From the NCBI GenBank assembly GCA_002189035.1, contig NEEC01000025.1:372001-436000 (forward strand): a stretch of 64,000 nt of DNA, written 5' to 3'. Below the pieces are notes generated by a model. It saw nothing but the letters and a program-made list of their open reading frames with translations, was not told the origin of the DNA and did not search any database. The position numbers were made by a program, and so were the translations under genes. Shown piece after piece: positions 38,126-49,693 of the stretch. Positions within the stretch are counted from its first letter, which is position 1. The number at the start of each line of letters is the position of its first letter. The DNA comes from Utricularia gibba (lineage: Eukaryota > Plantae > Magnoliophyta).

Positions 38126-40680
38126 ACTGAAAAAGCCTGAAAGAACTCAAGTCTATTCAGACAAATGTCTCTTACACAGAGAAAAAAGCAATGAATGCAG
38201 ACAAATGCCAGCCACTGTATTTATAAACAGATGGGATGGGAAAAGAAAGGCTTTGAAGAAACCACGTTGCGAGTCAAACGAATGGCGCCGCCCTCTGATG
38301 CAACGTCAACCTTGTTTCGCAAGGGATGAAACAAGCAGTAAAAAGGTGGTTTTGGTTACATCAGCATCATTACATATAAAACTAACCCCAAGGAGACAGA
38401 TTGCACACATGTCTCTCTATTGTAAGATCTGAAAAGTGTTCAGATAAAACAATGATGTCCTTTTGTTGCTGACTTCACCCTTACTCGACACGTGGAGAGT
38501 AACTCTTACGGTTTGAATAATGGATACGTGAAATGGAGCTGACCACACCATTACAAACACCACATGCTGAAAATTATGTCGGGATGAGTTCCGATCATGG
38601 TGGAGTCTGTGCTCGTGCGGTGGTTATTCCTTACACACAGGAAGGTCTTACAATTGCGACTCCATGAAGGTTTTCTCCCCAAACGAACTACCGCATTCCC
38701 ACCTCCGCCATTCCAAGAACTTCAGCTTATTTTTTTCACCTGCTCCGGAGAAACTGGAGGCACCGGGCTTCCTTCACACGCGTCTTTCCGGAGGGGTTCT
38801 TGCATCTCTATCACCCTTAATTCACGAATCGTGTTAGAATATGAGGCCTAATGAACCTAGAATTTTCAGATAAATTTTGTTGTAAAAGTTGTTCAAACAT
38901 AGTACTAATCTTTCGCTCTTCTGATTTCACTGTTCTCATCCCTGGGTCGTCTGCTATCGGAATGCGTTCTCGACTGGAGTATCACACACACCTTCAAAAG
39001 GACAACCCATTTTTCATTCCAACTATCTTCTACTGTTCATCAACTTCCACAAGGAGAAGAATCTGAAGCAATTAGCATTCATCACACGGTGTACACCGAA
39101 TGAATGTCTTATTTCCAGCCTAACTTTTGCAATACACGCTTCTCTACTTCGCTTAAAATCACACGGCATTTTCGTTAACTCCATTACCTACCCAATAAAA
39201 GAAAGTCCCTCATCTTTGTATCCATTTGAATTGCTTAAATTGTTGAACTTACGAATCCTATGGATGGGATGGGTATGTGCATGAAATTCATATACACAAT
39301 AAATATAGATTATATTAAAAAATTAGATCGATCACATCATTTTAATTTTTCTAATGTTGTTTTCAAATTGAACTACTTTACTACATCACTTTAATCTTTT
39401 TTTTTGTGATGTAGTATTGTTAACTCCAATACAAGCTACTCGTGTGTGAACTGCTGAACAGAAGAGCACATCACTAAAGCACGTTTCTCTTGTTATTGTA
39501 AGAAGGTGTCGAGACAGGCAACAAAACTCAGTGTTTGTTAAGAAACCAAGTCCGAGGTGTTTGGTTCGTCATCTTCCAGCTGACGATATGATTTAAAAAC
39601 TCGTAAAACCATTCATACATACACATTGGTCAAAGGGGTTAGCAGAAGCAGGCCCCCCCACCCTCCCACACACGCTATCGCTAGCTCATTGTGTCGTCAT
39701 TTGGCTTGTTTCAAATGAAACTGAAACCAGTAAATTCATAAGGATACAGCGTAGTTACAGTTATCTTTGAATCAGAATTCGACGAAAAAGATGATACCGT
39801 CTGAGAGAGCTGAGAAACACACATGAAAAGGAAGCCAAATCTGTTGAAATATGAATACAGAAACTGATTAAAGCATCGAGGATAATCCTGAGGAATCAAA
39901 GAGTGTGTTGTTGGCATCAAGGAGGCCTTCAACTACTATTTTGACGTAGAAATCTTCAACTCAAAACCGGATCTTTTGAAAATGAAAACCTTTTCTTCAA
40001 TGCTCTACTCGAACTCTGTTTATCAGTTAATGGGCCGATGATTTGAGATGGGCCTCCTCTTGATATATGGGCTTGAGATGGACTCCATCGCTTCTTTGGA
40101 TTGTAACGGCTAGTGAGCAGGAAATATAAATAATAGTAATTTGGGGTATACTTGTGCACATGGTGTAAATTGTGGACTAAATGTAGAAATAAAGTTTTAA
40201 AAGGGACAAAGGGAAAAAAAAAGTAAAAAGGGTGGAGGGAGAAAGCTGTAAAGCGGGAAAAGGAATTTCCTGAAAAAAGAGAGGCGAAAACAGAAATATC
40301 CAAACGCATAATAATTCATTTCTAGAAGGGGAAGGGAAGGGTGGCCCGTGGCCCCAGAAGCCAGTACACGCACATCTTTTTTAAAAATACGAATATTTTA
40401 ATGTGTTTTATTTAGTTATTCAATAAGTATTTATAAATCTCCTTATTTCCCTGATAATTGAAGGTAAATGAAGTTTATTCTTCCAACATCCCTTGTCGTG
40501 TTGGCTTTTCAAGAGCAAACAGGAGTCATGGTTTGTGTTTCATTTGATATTTTTGACAGCGAAAGGTGTCACATTTCCTCTTCTGATTCCTGCTGCGGGA
40601 ATCCTCGGAGTGAAATCTCCTTTTTCTTCGCCGTTTCCCCAGAAACAACTACTCTGATCTCTGGTTTGAATGAAGCTGCC

Positions 40681-41660
40681 ATGAGAACACACTTCTTCTT
40701 TCTCACCTTGTTCCTAGCGCACCTCCCTTTTCATGGCTTCACAGCTGTTCCAGCTTTACCTGTGGAGACGCAGGCGCAGACGTGCCGCCTCGACTTGTCC
40801 GACGAGCTCTACGGCGGCGTGGCTGAGGCCTGTGGCAGGGATCTCCATTGGAGTCGCTGCTGCCCTGTTCTCGCGGCGTGGCTCTTCGCCGCGCACGCAA
40901 GGGCTGCGCTTCAGATTCCGGCGATATCGCCGCTGCCCGGATCCGAGTTACCCATGATACCAGACGACTCACAGAAGTGCGTGAACTCGCTGCAGACGTC
41001 GCTAGAGAGCCGCAATATTCACATTCCTCGACCGAACGCCTCGTGTGACACCATTATGTGCTTTTGCGACATCCGCCTCCACCAGATCAGTTCGCTTAGT
41101 TGCCCGGCGGCTTTTAACGTCACCGGATTTATCAGAAACGCGACTCCGACGGCCGCGCTGAGGAACCTGGAGCGGAACTGCAGGAACTCGTCCTACGCTG
41201 GCTGTACGAAATGCCTCGGCGCACTGCAGAAGGTTAGTGGTTCAACACCTACCCTCCGAGTTGCGAGGCTTCATTTATTTCCCAATCATTTGGTTCATCA
41301 TCATCATCTGTCATTAATGCCTCTGATTTATGATCCCGGTGGGCCGGGATATCGCAGCTCAACAAGAACGGGACTAAATCCGGCGACGGCGAACGCGTGA
41401 ACCGAATGATGAACCGCGATTGCAAGCTTCTGGGTCTGACGTGGCTGCTGGCGCGTAACAAAACGGCGTACATCCCCACCGTCTCCGCCGTGCTCCGCGC
41501 CGTGATGTACAGTTCCGGCCCGGCCCATGAGTTCACGTGCTCCCCCGACCATGAGAACATGCCCCTCGCCGTTGATTCCTTGCACCTGGAAAAATCGTCG
41601 TCGACCAAAGTTGCTGTTGCGCTTCTGCCCCTCTTGCGTCTTCTGTTGTTGCTCTTCTAA
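40681..41660 (+). CDS. Uncharacterised Cys-rich GPI-anchored protein (SPARK-domain type, At4g28100-like)
   Basis: Exons 40681-41232 and 41358-41660; signal peptide; CRLDLSDELYGGV..AC, RCCPVLAAWL, PDDSQKCVNSLQ, CFCDIRLHQI; hydrophobic GPI tail. Confidence 0.88.
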
Positions 41661-42207
41661 CCGTGGCAATTCGGGATAGGGGCATTTTCGTCTTCTGTTG
41701 GTGCATCGGTGCATGATTCCCAGGGCCTCGTCACGTGAGGACGGGGGCTGTTTTGTCATTTTTATTGAAGTAAAAATCGTAATTAAATTACAATTAAATT
41801 ATGAATGAATTTTGATTAACTTTTTTTATTTTATAATTTTTCAACATTTAACAATAGTATCATGTGCATTTGATAATTCTAAACAATTCAATCGCTATAG
41901 AAAATAGCATAAAACAAACAATTAACAACAATTATTGGTGTTTTCTAGTAATTCTGTGACAAAAATTAAAATATTTTAAATTATTTAAGTTTTTACAAAG
42001 TATTATATTGAATAATGGATACATGATATGGTCGTGATATACTACCTTTGCATATACCTCTCTACAATGATGCTATGAAAAAATAGCATGTTCATGTTGT
42101 ATCCACATTCCATAGCATGCAAAATCAAGGTGTTTCCATTGCAAATGTTTAGGGAAAAACAGGACAACACATGAGCGCAGCAATATACAGAGAGTGCATG
42201 TAGATAC

Positions 42208-43704
42208 TCAAGACCACCAAGGCTCCTCTCCTGTCCTGAAATCAGTTTCCAGCCATGGAACAAACACTACCTTTCCATCATCAACATCCGCGTGAACCAA
42301 TGCCAATGACTGCAAACAAACATATATCATCCAAGCATCACTATAACACGCATTGGCTTCTGTCTATGGGCATTCGCTTAAAAAGATGCAAGAACAAGGT
42401 ACCCCTCTTTGTTTCCCATTTTTTCCACTGGTATTAGGAGTGCCAAAGAACATGTGAGTTCAGCAATGCTTACCAGGGGCGCAGGTCCTCTGACAACTCG
42501 TCCTTGGTTGTTGTACTGGGAGCCATGGCAGGGGCAGATGAACTTGTTCTCAGCAGCATTCCATGGCACCACACAGCCAAGATGAGTGCAGACAGCATTG
42601 ATTCCATATGTTGCAAGTGTTTTGTCATTCTCCACCACAAGGTAAGTGGGATCGCCCTGCACACGAGTATGTTGTATCAGCAAGTCAAAGAAACGATTCT
42701 CATCAAGAGGAAACAGAACAAGGACATGTTATATCCACCTTCAGACCCTGTGTGAGGGTGCGGTCACCAGGGCCATGTGTTTTGAGCCATTGTGCTGCAA
42801 TAACATCTTTGCCAAGCTTGTCCTTTGCAACTAGACCACCAGCAGATCCTCCACCACTGCTCTTGAACAGAAAATGTTTGTTAGCAAAAACGAATGAAGC
42901 CATAGTGAGCTTGAATAATTAAAAAGACAGATCTCCAAAACTAGGACCTGTCCAAAATATTGAGATCCTTAGCCTAGGAACTCAAAAAAAAAAAAAAAAA
43001 CTGGCTTGATAAAGTTCCAATCGTTTACTGCACAGTAATTCTTTACTATCTGATGCAAACATAAAGACCCTAGAATCCCGCAAGAATAAGAAAAGAAAAT
43101 CGAGAGATGGCACCATGGGTTTTGCAAATCCATGGAAATCCATACCCTTCTTCTTTGATCAAGCGCTTTTGTACAAAAAGGGGAATTAGGTCTCAATCCC
43201 TAATATCCTCAAAAATACACTTTGGTTCTTAGAAACACTCAAATCAAGCAGTCAAATCAACCATGTGATTCACGACACCAGAATAGAAGCTCAAAACAAA
43301 ACGGAATGATAAGTTGATTATCTAATGTGAAAAACTGACCCTGGAGGAACAAAGAAGTATGTATAGGGCAGAAGCATCCCCCCAACTGGAAGGGAAACAG
43401 CGCCAAGAAGCAGCAAATTCATGAGCTGCCTCTTGCCCATGTCCGGAACCCGATCAGCCGGAATGCTTGTAGCCATTGATCTTACGGTCATCCTCCTGCC
43501 GGTCCATTTTCCTGCTGTAAGTGGATTGTGGGTCTTCTTGTACTTGCCGGAGGAAAGCTGATGTTGAAAAAAAGAAAAACAGATGATGAGCAACATACAA
43601 TACATGATACTTTACATGGCCAACGGAAGTGTTGTTCAAGGGAAGAACAGAATTACTTGAGAAGAACAGGCGACGGTGGCGGAGATCGCGGCGGAGGAAG
43701 CCAT
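42208..43704 (-). CDS. PETC: Cytochrome b6f Rieske Fe-S subunit
   Basis: Exons 43704-43657, 43557-43340, 42856-42739, 42656-42474, 42309-42208; [17 protein letters not shown]; Rieske boxes CTHLGC and CPCHGS; end [12 protein letters not shown]. Confidence 0.97.
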
Positions 43705-43774
43705 GGAAAAGAAGCTGAGTATCAGAAATGAGGATTTCGGCTGGGGATGAGGTGATTAACCATCACAACCGCCA

Positions 43775-43905
43775 TAAGATAAGGCCATTCCCTCACCAGC
43801 CACACGTTTGGATAGCTGCGATTTCGTTGGGCTATGGGTAGAATTGGGCCGTCTTGTCGGGCTAGGATCTACTTATTGGGCTTCTTAATGATTTTATTGG
43901 GCCTT
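43775..43905. promoter_or_regulatory. Shared PETC/TFIIE-alpha promoter: I-box and site II motifs
   Basis: GATAAGG at about 43779; four TGGGC(C/T) motifs between 43829 and 43903. Confidence 0.5.
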
Positions 43906-44302
43906 GACCAATTATTAAATCCAAAATTCAGGTATTTAGGATTTCTCTGTCATCCTTCCCCTTACACTTCCGGAATAAGCGGATTCCGCCAACATCCGCG
44001 GCTGTCTGCACCTCAAATCAACAGAAGGGAGGGGACTAGAATCGCTTCTTGATTGCAGCCGTTGTCTTTGTGAACAAACACGCCGCCTTTTGGAGACAAA
44101 GGCCAATTTTAGGTTTCTAGTAAGCCTCGAGAAAGCGGGATTTGTTTATGGATTGTTTTCTGACCTGCAAGGAACTAGAATAGCAACTTGTGTGTGCTGA
44201 TTGCTTCGACGGATCGGCTGATCGTATAAGACCAGGCTGGAATTCGCCAACGCAGAAGTGAAATCGCCGTTCTGATTAGGCTATATAGTCATCGGTAGAT
44301 CC

Positions 44303-47300
44303 ATGGTTGAGCCATCATTCAATCGGTACTGTTGTGATTGAAATTTGCATCCGAATGCGTTTGTGAGCAGATTTTGTAAATTAAATCTGTGCTTTTGTTC
44401 ACTTTGCAATAGTCTGGTGAAACTCGTGGCTAGAGCTTTTTACGATGACATTACTACCAAAAGCGAAAACCAACCAAAGAATGGAAGAAGCGACAATAAG
44501 GGGATAGCCGTGGTCGTTCTCGATGCCTTGACGAGGTCAGTTTCTTCTCTTTCAACCTCAGTTTATGGTTCTTGCTTTTTATGCGTTAGTATTTGCTATC
44601 TGGTATAGGATGATTAGCATGGACTACAAGTAAGAAGCTTTCGTTTCGTTTTACAGAGTTTCTTTGAGAGAATGAATTTGATTGGTCGTTTTATATTGTT
44701 AGCATCGTTTTCTGAACAACATATTCAGAAAATGAAGTTTTTTTTATTCCTTCTCCAGGCATCAATGGGTAAGAGAAGAAGATTTGGCCAAGGACCTGAA
44801 GCTTCATGCAAAACAACTTCGTCGGATTCTCAGGTTCCTTGAAGAAGAAAAACTAGTCACACGTGACCATCGAAAGGAGGTTTGTTTTATTGGTTTGAAG
44901 TTCAAGGATTTCCAAATTATTTCCCTCGTACATATAGATGCTGTATTGAGTAGTATGCATGAATTTTTGGGTACGTTATGATCGATTTGATTAAAATGGA
45001 GGATATACGATGATGATCTGGAAAAACCATGGCCACCTATCCATCCACTCTATAGCAGTACATCATCCCACTTCTGGGAAAATGTTGGGTGGCCATTAAT
45101 TTTAGTATTTCTTCTTGATAACATAATATAGCTTCTTTCTGACATTTTAAAATTGTGTAATTTGCAGACAGCAAAAGGGGCAAAGATATATAATGCCGCT
45201 GTTTCTGTGATGGGTGATGGCCAACAATCTGGAAGAGAGGGAGATGATAAGCAAAAGATGCACACACAATCATACTGCTGTTTAGACTATGCTCAGGTAC
45301 TTCATCCTGGTATATACTTCTGTTTAGATCATGCTTCATTCTTTTTAATACGTTCCGTACTTGTCATTCTTAAATAGTTTTGACACCAATTAATCACTTG
45401 CAGATGTATGATGTGGTACGGTACCGATTGTATCGCATGAAGAAAAAGCTGAAGGATGAACTGGAGAGCAAAAATACCATTCAAGAGTATATATGCCCCA
45501 GTTGCAACAGGAGGTATTTGCAGCAAGCTGTTTTTTAATTTCAATCATCTTTTATTTGTGTGTATGCTTTTATTTTACTCATTCGAAACAATTCACTGCT
45601 CTCCAAGTGCTTGAGCATTGTTTCCAATTGATTTCAGATATACTGCCCTTGATGCTCTCCGTTTGGTGTCACCACTTGATGATTACTTCCACTGTGAGTG
45701 CTGCAATTCGGTACTTGCAGCTGAGAGTGATAAGCTGACTGCACAGGATTTGGGAGATGGAGATGATAATGTTAGAAGAAGACGCCATGAAAACCTGAAA
45801 AACATGCTGGCAAAGATGGAGGTTTGTTCCTTTCACAATCATATCTTCTGAGAATTTACTTTTCTAGGTTTGTGTCAACTATTTTTTTTTTTTGTATTTA
45901 ATGTGTCAGAAAGTGATTTTTCTATCATTGATTACTACTGACCCAGATGCTTAGGACTTATGAGATCCATGAAGTCAGAAATCATTCATCTGAAATGAAA
46001 TTTTGAATTTTAGCAACTATGCCTCCAGGGAAAATAATCTGCGAAATCTTGTCAGTATAATAAGCTCTAGATTTTGTGGGGACACAATTTTCACGTTAGG
46101 TCTTTTGCGTTTCAATATGCTTGCTATTTCTTATATGTCAAATGGCTGTGTGTTTCCTTGTGCTAACATAAGTGCTCAATCATAGGAACAACTCAAGCCA
46201 CTAAATGATCAACTTGCTAGAGTAAGGGATTTGACAGCTCCTTATTTTGGAAACCTTCAAGCTTGGGAGCTCAAGGCAAATGCTGCTAGAAGATCTGGAA
46301 ATGGGGATATTAATCCCAATGACCCGTCTAAATCTTCTCAGGGATTTGATTTTGGTGGAACTCCGATGCCCTTCATTGGACAGACGAAGGTTCACCTTCT
46401 TCTATCCTCATTTGTATTGCGTCTTATCGTTCCCCATTGCCTGCACTCTTAACAGCATGAAAATCAAACCTTCTTTCGCGTGTCGTATTTATTTCATCTT
46501 TTGCGCGTGCATGCTATTCATGAGCATCTGTCTCTAGTTTGACCATATAAGCTTGAAAGGGAATATTGGAGAATACCTTTTTAAATTACGTTTCTGTATC
46601 CTTGGAAACTGGTGGTCTCACACCGCAGGTCGAGGTTGCATTTTCTGATATGGACCAAAAAGATGAATCAATCACTGCAAGTACACAGAGGAAGCGCTTG
46701 CCTCCATGGATGATTAGGGAAGGAATGGTTCTACATGAAGAGCAACGAGGCGAGTCAAAGGTGGAATCAAAAATGGGTGATGAGACTTTGGCCACCGCCG
46801 ATAACAAGGATGACAAGAAGTCTGCATCTTCAAATGATGATGCTAAGAACATACAGGTTCAGCTCTTCATGCCCTCGCTTACCTTCTTATATAGCATTTG
46901 ATCATACATGATGCATTTTGCTCACTCAATGCCGCCATTTTGTCACAGGATGAGTATATCAAAGCGTATTATGCTGCCTTATTAAAGATGCATAATGAAC
47001 AACAAGAGGCAGTCAAGAAAGAAGCGGAAGTACATAATCCCACGGCTTCCCCTGGTGCGCGCCAAATTGGCATGAAGTCAAAACGTGACGAAAATCCCGA
47101 AGGCGATGATAATGAATGGGAAGACGCTTCTGCTGGTAAGTTTTCCGGCCCATGTCGTTTAGTCTCACTGCAAGAATAGAGCGTACTATAACTTCAGTTT
47201 CATCAACAGTCTGAAAGTCGTGCTGTTTCAGTTGTCTCTGCCTGGCCAATTTACTTTCTTCTTCTTTCTGGTGACTACTGACACATGTTTTCAGGCGAAA

Positions 47301-47383
47301 CAACGAGACCCTTCAACTTGAATGTCGAGGCCGAAGCAGAAGCTTCCGAGGACGAGGATGAGATAGATTGGGAGGAAGGTTGA
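44303..47383 (+). CDS. TFIIE-alpha: General transcription factor IIE subunit alpha
   Basis: Multi-exon: 44303-44325, 44413-44535, 44759-44879 and others. LVKLVARAFYDD, VVLDALTR, LAKDLKLHAKQLRRIL, zinc ribbon YICPSCNR...FHCECCNS, acidic end EDEDEIDWEEG*. Confidence 0.92.
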
Positions 47384-47632
47384 ACCACGTGGCCCTGAAG
47401 CCATGGCGCCACGTGGACTTTAGGAGTATTCATTCCCACATCAGATTCTGCCTCCGTCACAGGCGGACGGCGGCAAAGGTATTTGATGGCCTCCGCCGAT
47501 CATATCAGTCCACGTCGTGGGCGCTGAGGGAGGCGGAGTGGACCCCATGCTTTACCTATTCATATCTCGCGTGTACTGTAGCTTTCTCGTATGCACAAAT
47601 AGGGTAGCTAGAGTTGCTACATCAGATGCCGA

Positions 47633-49450
47633 ATGCGAAACTCAACGTTGATCTGGATCTTGATGTTGCTTTGTGCCAATTCCAATTCGGTGAAACAAGC
47701 TTTGAAATCAGCCTGGTTACATTCCGCGTGTGTCCATTTAAGAAGCCTGGATGGACAACGCTCGATCGAGGCATTCTACGCCTCTCTTATCGAGCACGCT
47801 ACCAACAGGAGGCATCTCGCTCTGATCCACAATCAAATATGCACGCACGGCGTGCAGGATAACGGCTTCGTAATCACGAAGTTGATGAATGGTTGTTCAG
47901 ACGTTGGAGAAATCGGGTATGCACGCCACCTGTTCGATGCATTTCCTGATAAATATGCTTTTTTGTGGAATGGAATTATCAGGGGGTATTCGATGCATGG
48001 TATGCTGGGTCAGGTGTTGGAAATGTATTCGAGGATGCAGCTGGCATACGTGAGTCCTGATCCGTTTACTTTCCCCAATGTGTTCAAAGCTTGTAGTGGT
48101 TTGATGGCTGTTGATTATGGTAGAGCCGTCCATGGGCAGGTCTTTAGACGTGGTTTTGGAGAAGATTTGTTTGTGCAGAACGGGGTCCTGGCGTTTTATT
48201 CTAAGTGTGGGAAAATTGACTCTGCTTGTGTTGTTTTCAATGGGATGAGGACCACAAATATTGTTTCATGGACTTCAATTATCTCTGGTTGTGCTCAGAA
48301 TTCGCAGCCCCTGGTGGCCATGAATGTTTTCAGAGACATGAGACGATCGTCTGTGAAGCCAGACTGGATCTCTTTGATCAGTGTCCTGAAAGCTTGTTCT
48401 GATGCGGAAGAACAGAGTTATGGAAGATGTGTTCATGCATTGGTGACCAAAATGGGACTCATATTCGAGCCAGATATGCGAATATCTCTGACATCGTTCT
48501 ATGCAAAATGTGGGTTCGTCTTGGACGCAAGATACTTCTTTGATCTAATGGAAGTTAAGGATACCCTTCTCTGGAACGCCATGATCACAGGATTTGCAAA
48601 AAACGGGTACCCCGTCGAAGCTCTAAAGCTTTTCAATGAAATGATATCCAAAGGCATTCAACCTGATGCTGTGACATTGCAATCAACCATCCTGGCTCTT
48701 TCTCAACATGGTTCCTTGGAACAGGCCCGCAGGATGGGTAGCTACGTTGGAAAAAGTAAATTCAGAGATGATACATCTGTTAGCTCAGCACTCATTGACA
48801 TGTATGCGAAATGTGGAAACGTAGAACTGGCTCGTGATGTTTTTGATTCCACAGCAGTTAAAGATGTAGTGCTGTGGAGTGCAATGATCATGGGGTATGC
48901 AGTTCACGGCCAGGGAAGAGAAGCCATCAACCTGTACAACGATATGCAGGATGCAAAAATCCTTCCTAACGATGTCACATTCCTTGGCCTCATCACAGCG
49001 TGCAGTCGCTCGGGTCTCGTTGAGGAAGGGTGGAGCCTTTTCCTTAGCATGAAGGATTACAGCATCGCACCTCAACAGAAGCATTATGCTGGTGTCATCG
49101 ACATGTTGGGCCGAGTTGGGCAGTTTGGGAAAGCATTCAGTGTCATAAGGTCTATGCCTTTCGAACCGAGTATTTCAGTTTGGGGAGCTCTTTTGGGTGC
49201 TTGTAAGATCCACCGGAATGTGAGTTTGGGAGAGTTCGCCGCCGGGAAGGTCTTTGCAATAGACCCTCAGCACACAGGACATTATGTCCAGCTCTCCAAC
49301 CTGTACGCTTCGGCTGGGATGTGGGACTGTGTGGATAAACTCAGGGTGCTGATGAAGTCGAAAGGATTGAACAAGGGGGTGGGGATTAGCACAACTGAGA
49401 TCAATGGACAGAAGCTTCAGTCAATCAGGATGGGAGGCATTCAGGATTGA
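47633..49450 (+). CDS. PLS-class PPR editing factor, MEF22/At3g12770-like, ending after the E domain
   Basis: Intronless 605-aa ORF with PLS repeats (WNGIIRGY, VSWTSIISG, WNAMITGF, VWGALLGAC) and E motifs (GHYVQLSNLYA). FYASLIE.AT, VKPDW..L.SVL and KGLNK.VG.S match recalled At3g12770. No DYW domain. Confidence 0.9.
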   Translation: MRNSTLIWILMLLCANSNSVKQALKSAWLHSACVHLRSLDGQRSIEAFYASLIEHATNRRHLALIHNQICTHGVQDNGFVITKLMNGCSDVGEIGYARHLFDAFPDKYAFLWNGIIRGYSMHGMLGQVLEMYSRMQLAYVSPDPFTFPNVFKACSGLMAVDYGRAVHGQVFRRGFGEDLFVQNGVLAFYSKCGKIDSACVVFNGMRTTNIVSWTSIISGCAQNSQPLVAMNVFRDMRRSSVKPDWISLISVLKACSDAEEQSYGRCVHALVTKMGLIFEPDMRISLTSFYAKCGFVLDARYFFDLMEVKDTLLWNAMITGFAKNGYPVEALKLFNEMISKGIQPDAVTLQSTILALSQHGSLEQARRMGSYVGKSKFRDDTSVSSALIDMYAKCGNVELARDVFDSTAVKDVVLWSAMIMGYAVHGQGREAINLYNDMQDAKILPNDVTFLGLITACSRSGLVEEGWSLFLSMKDYSIAPQQKHYAGVIDMLGRVGQFGKAFSVIRSMPFEPSISVWGALLGACKIHRNVSLGEFAAGKVFAIDPQHTGHYVQLSNLYASAGMWDCVDKLRVLMKSKGLNKGVGISTTEINGQKLQSIRMGGIQD

Positions 49451-49693
49451 ACTATCCAATGGAAAATGGAAGTCTGAAACTAAATTTTGCAGAAAGCTGC
49501 AGTGGTTGAATGTGACGGAGCTTGTAACCAACACCATCCAGGCTAACTATTATTCATGACGAGGACAAGTTCTGTAGCCGATCAAAGGGATAAGGAGGCA
49601 AAAAACTGCTACGTAAATCAGGGTGCGATGAAGACTAGTTAACAGTTCAAGAAATGACATGACTGACTTGCTATGATTAGTCCTCATTCGGAG

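Noticed and set aside
38597-39066. Two abutting + ORFs joined by TAATG (84 and 71 aa)
   Set aside because: No homology recognised and atypical composition; may be MYB upstream regulatory DNA or a decayed fragment.
39455-39495. miR156/miR535-like text (TGAACAGAAGAGCAC)
   Set aside because: Shorter than the mature miRNAs and no proper fold-back.
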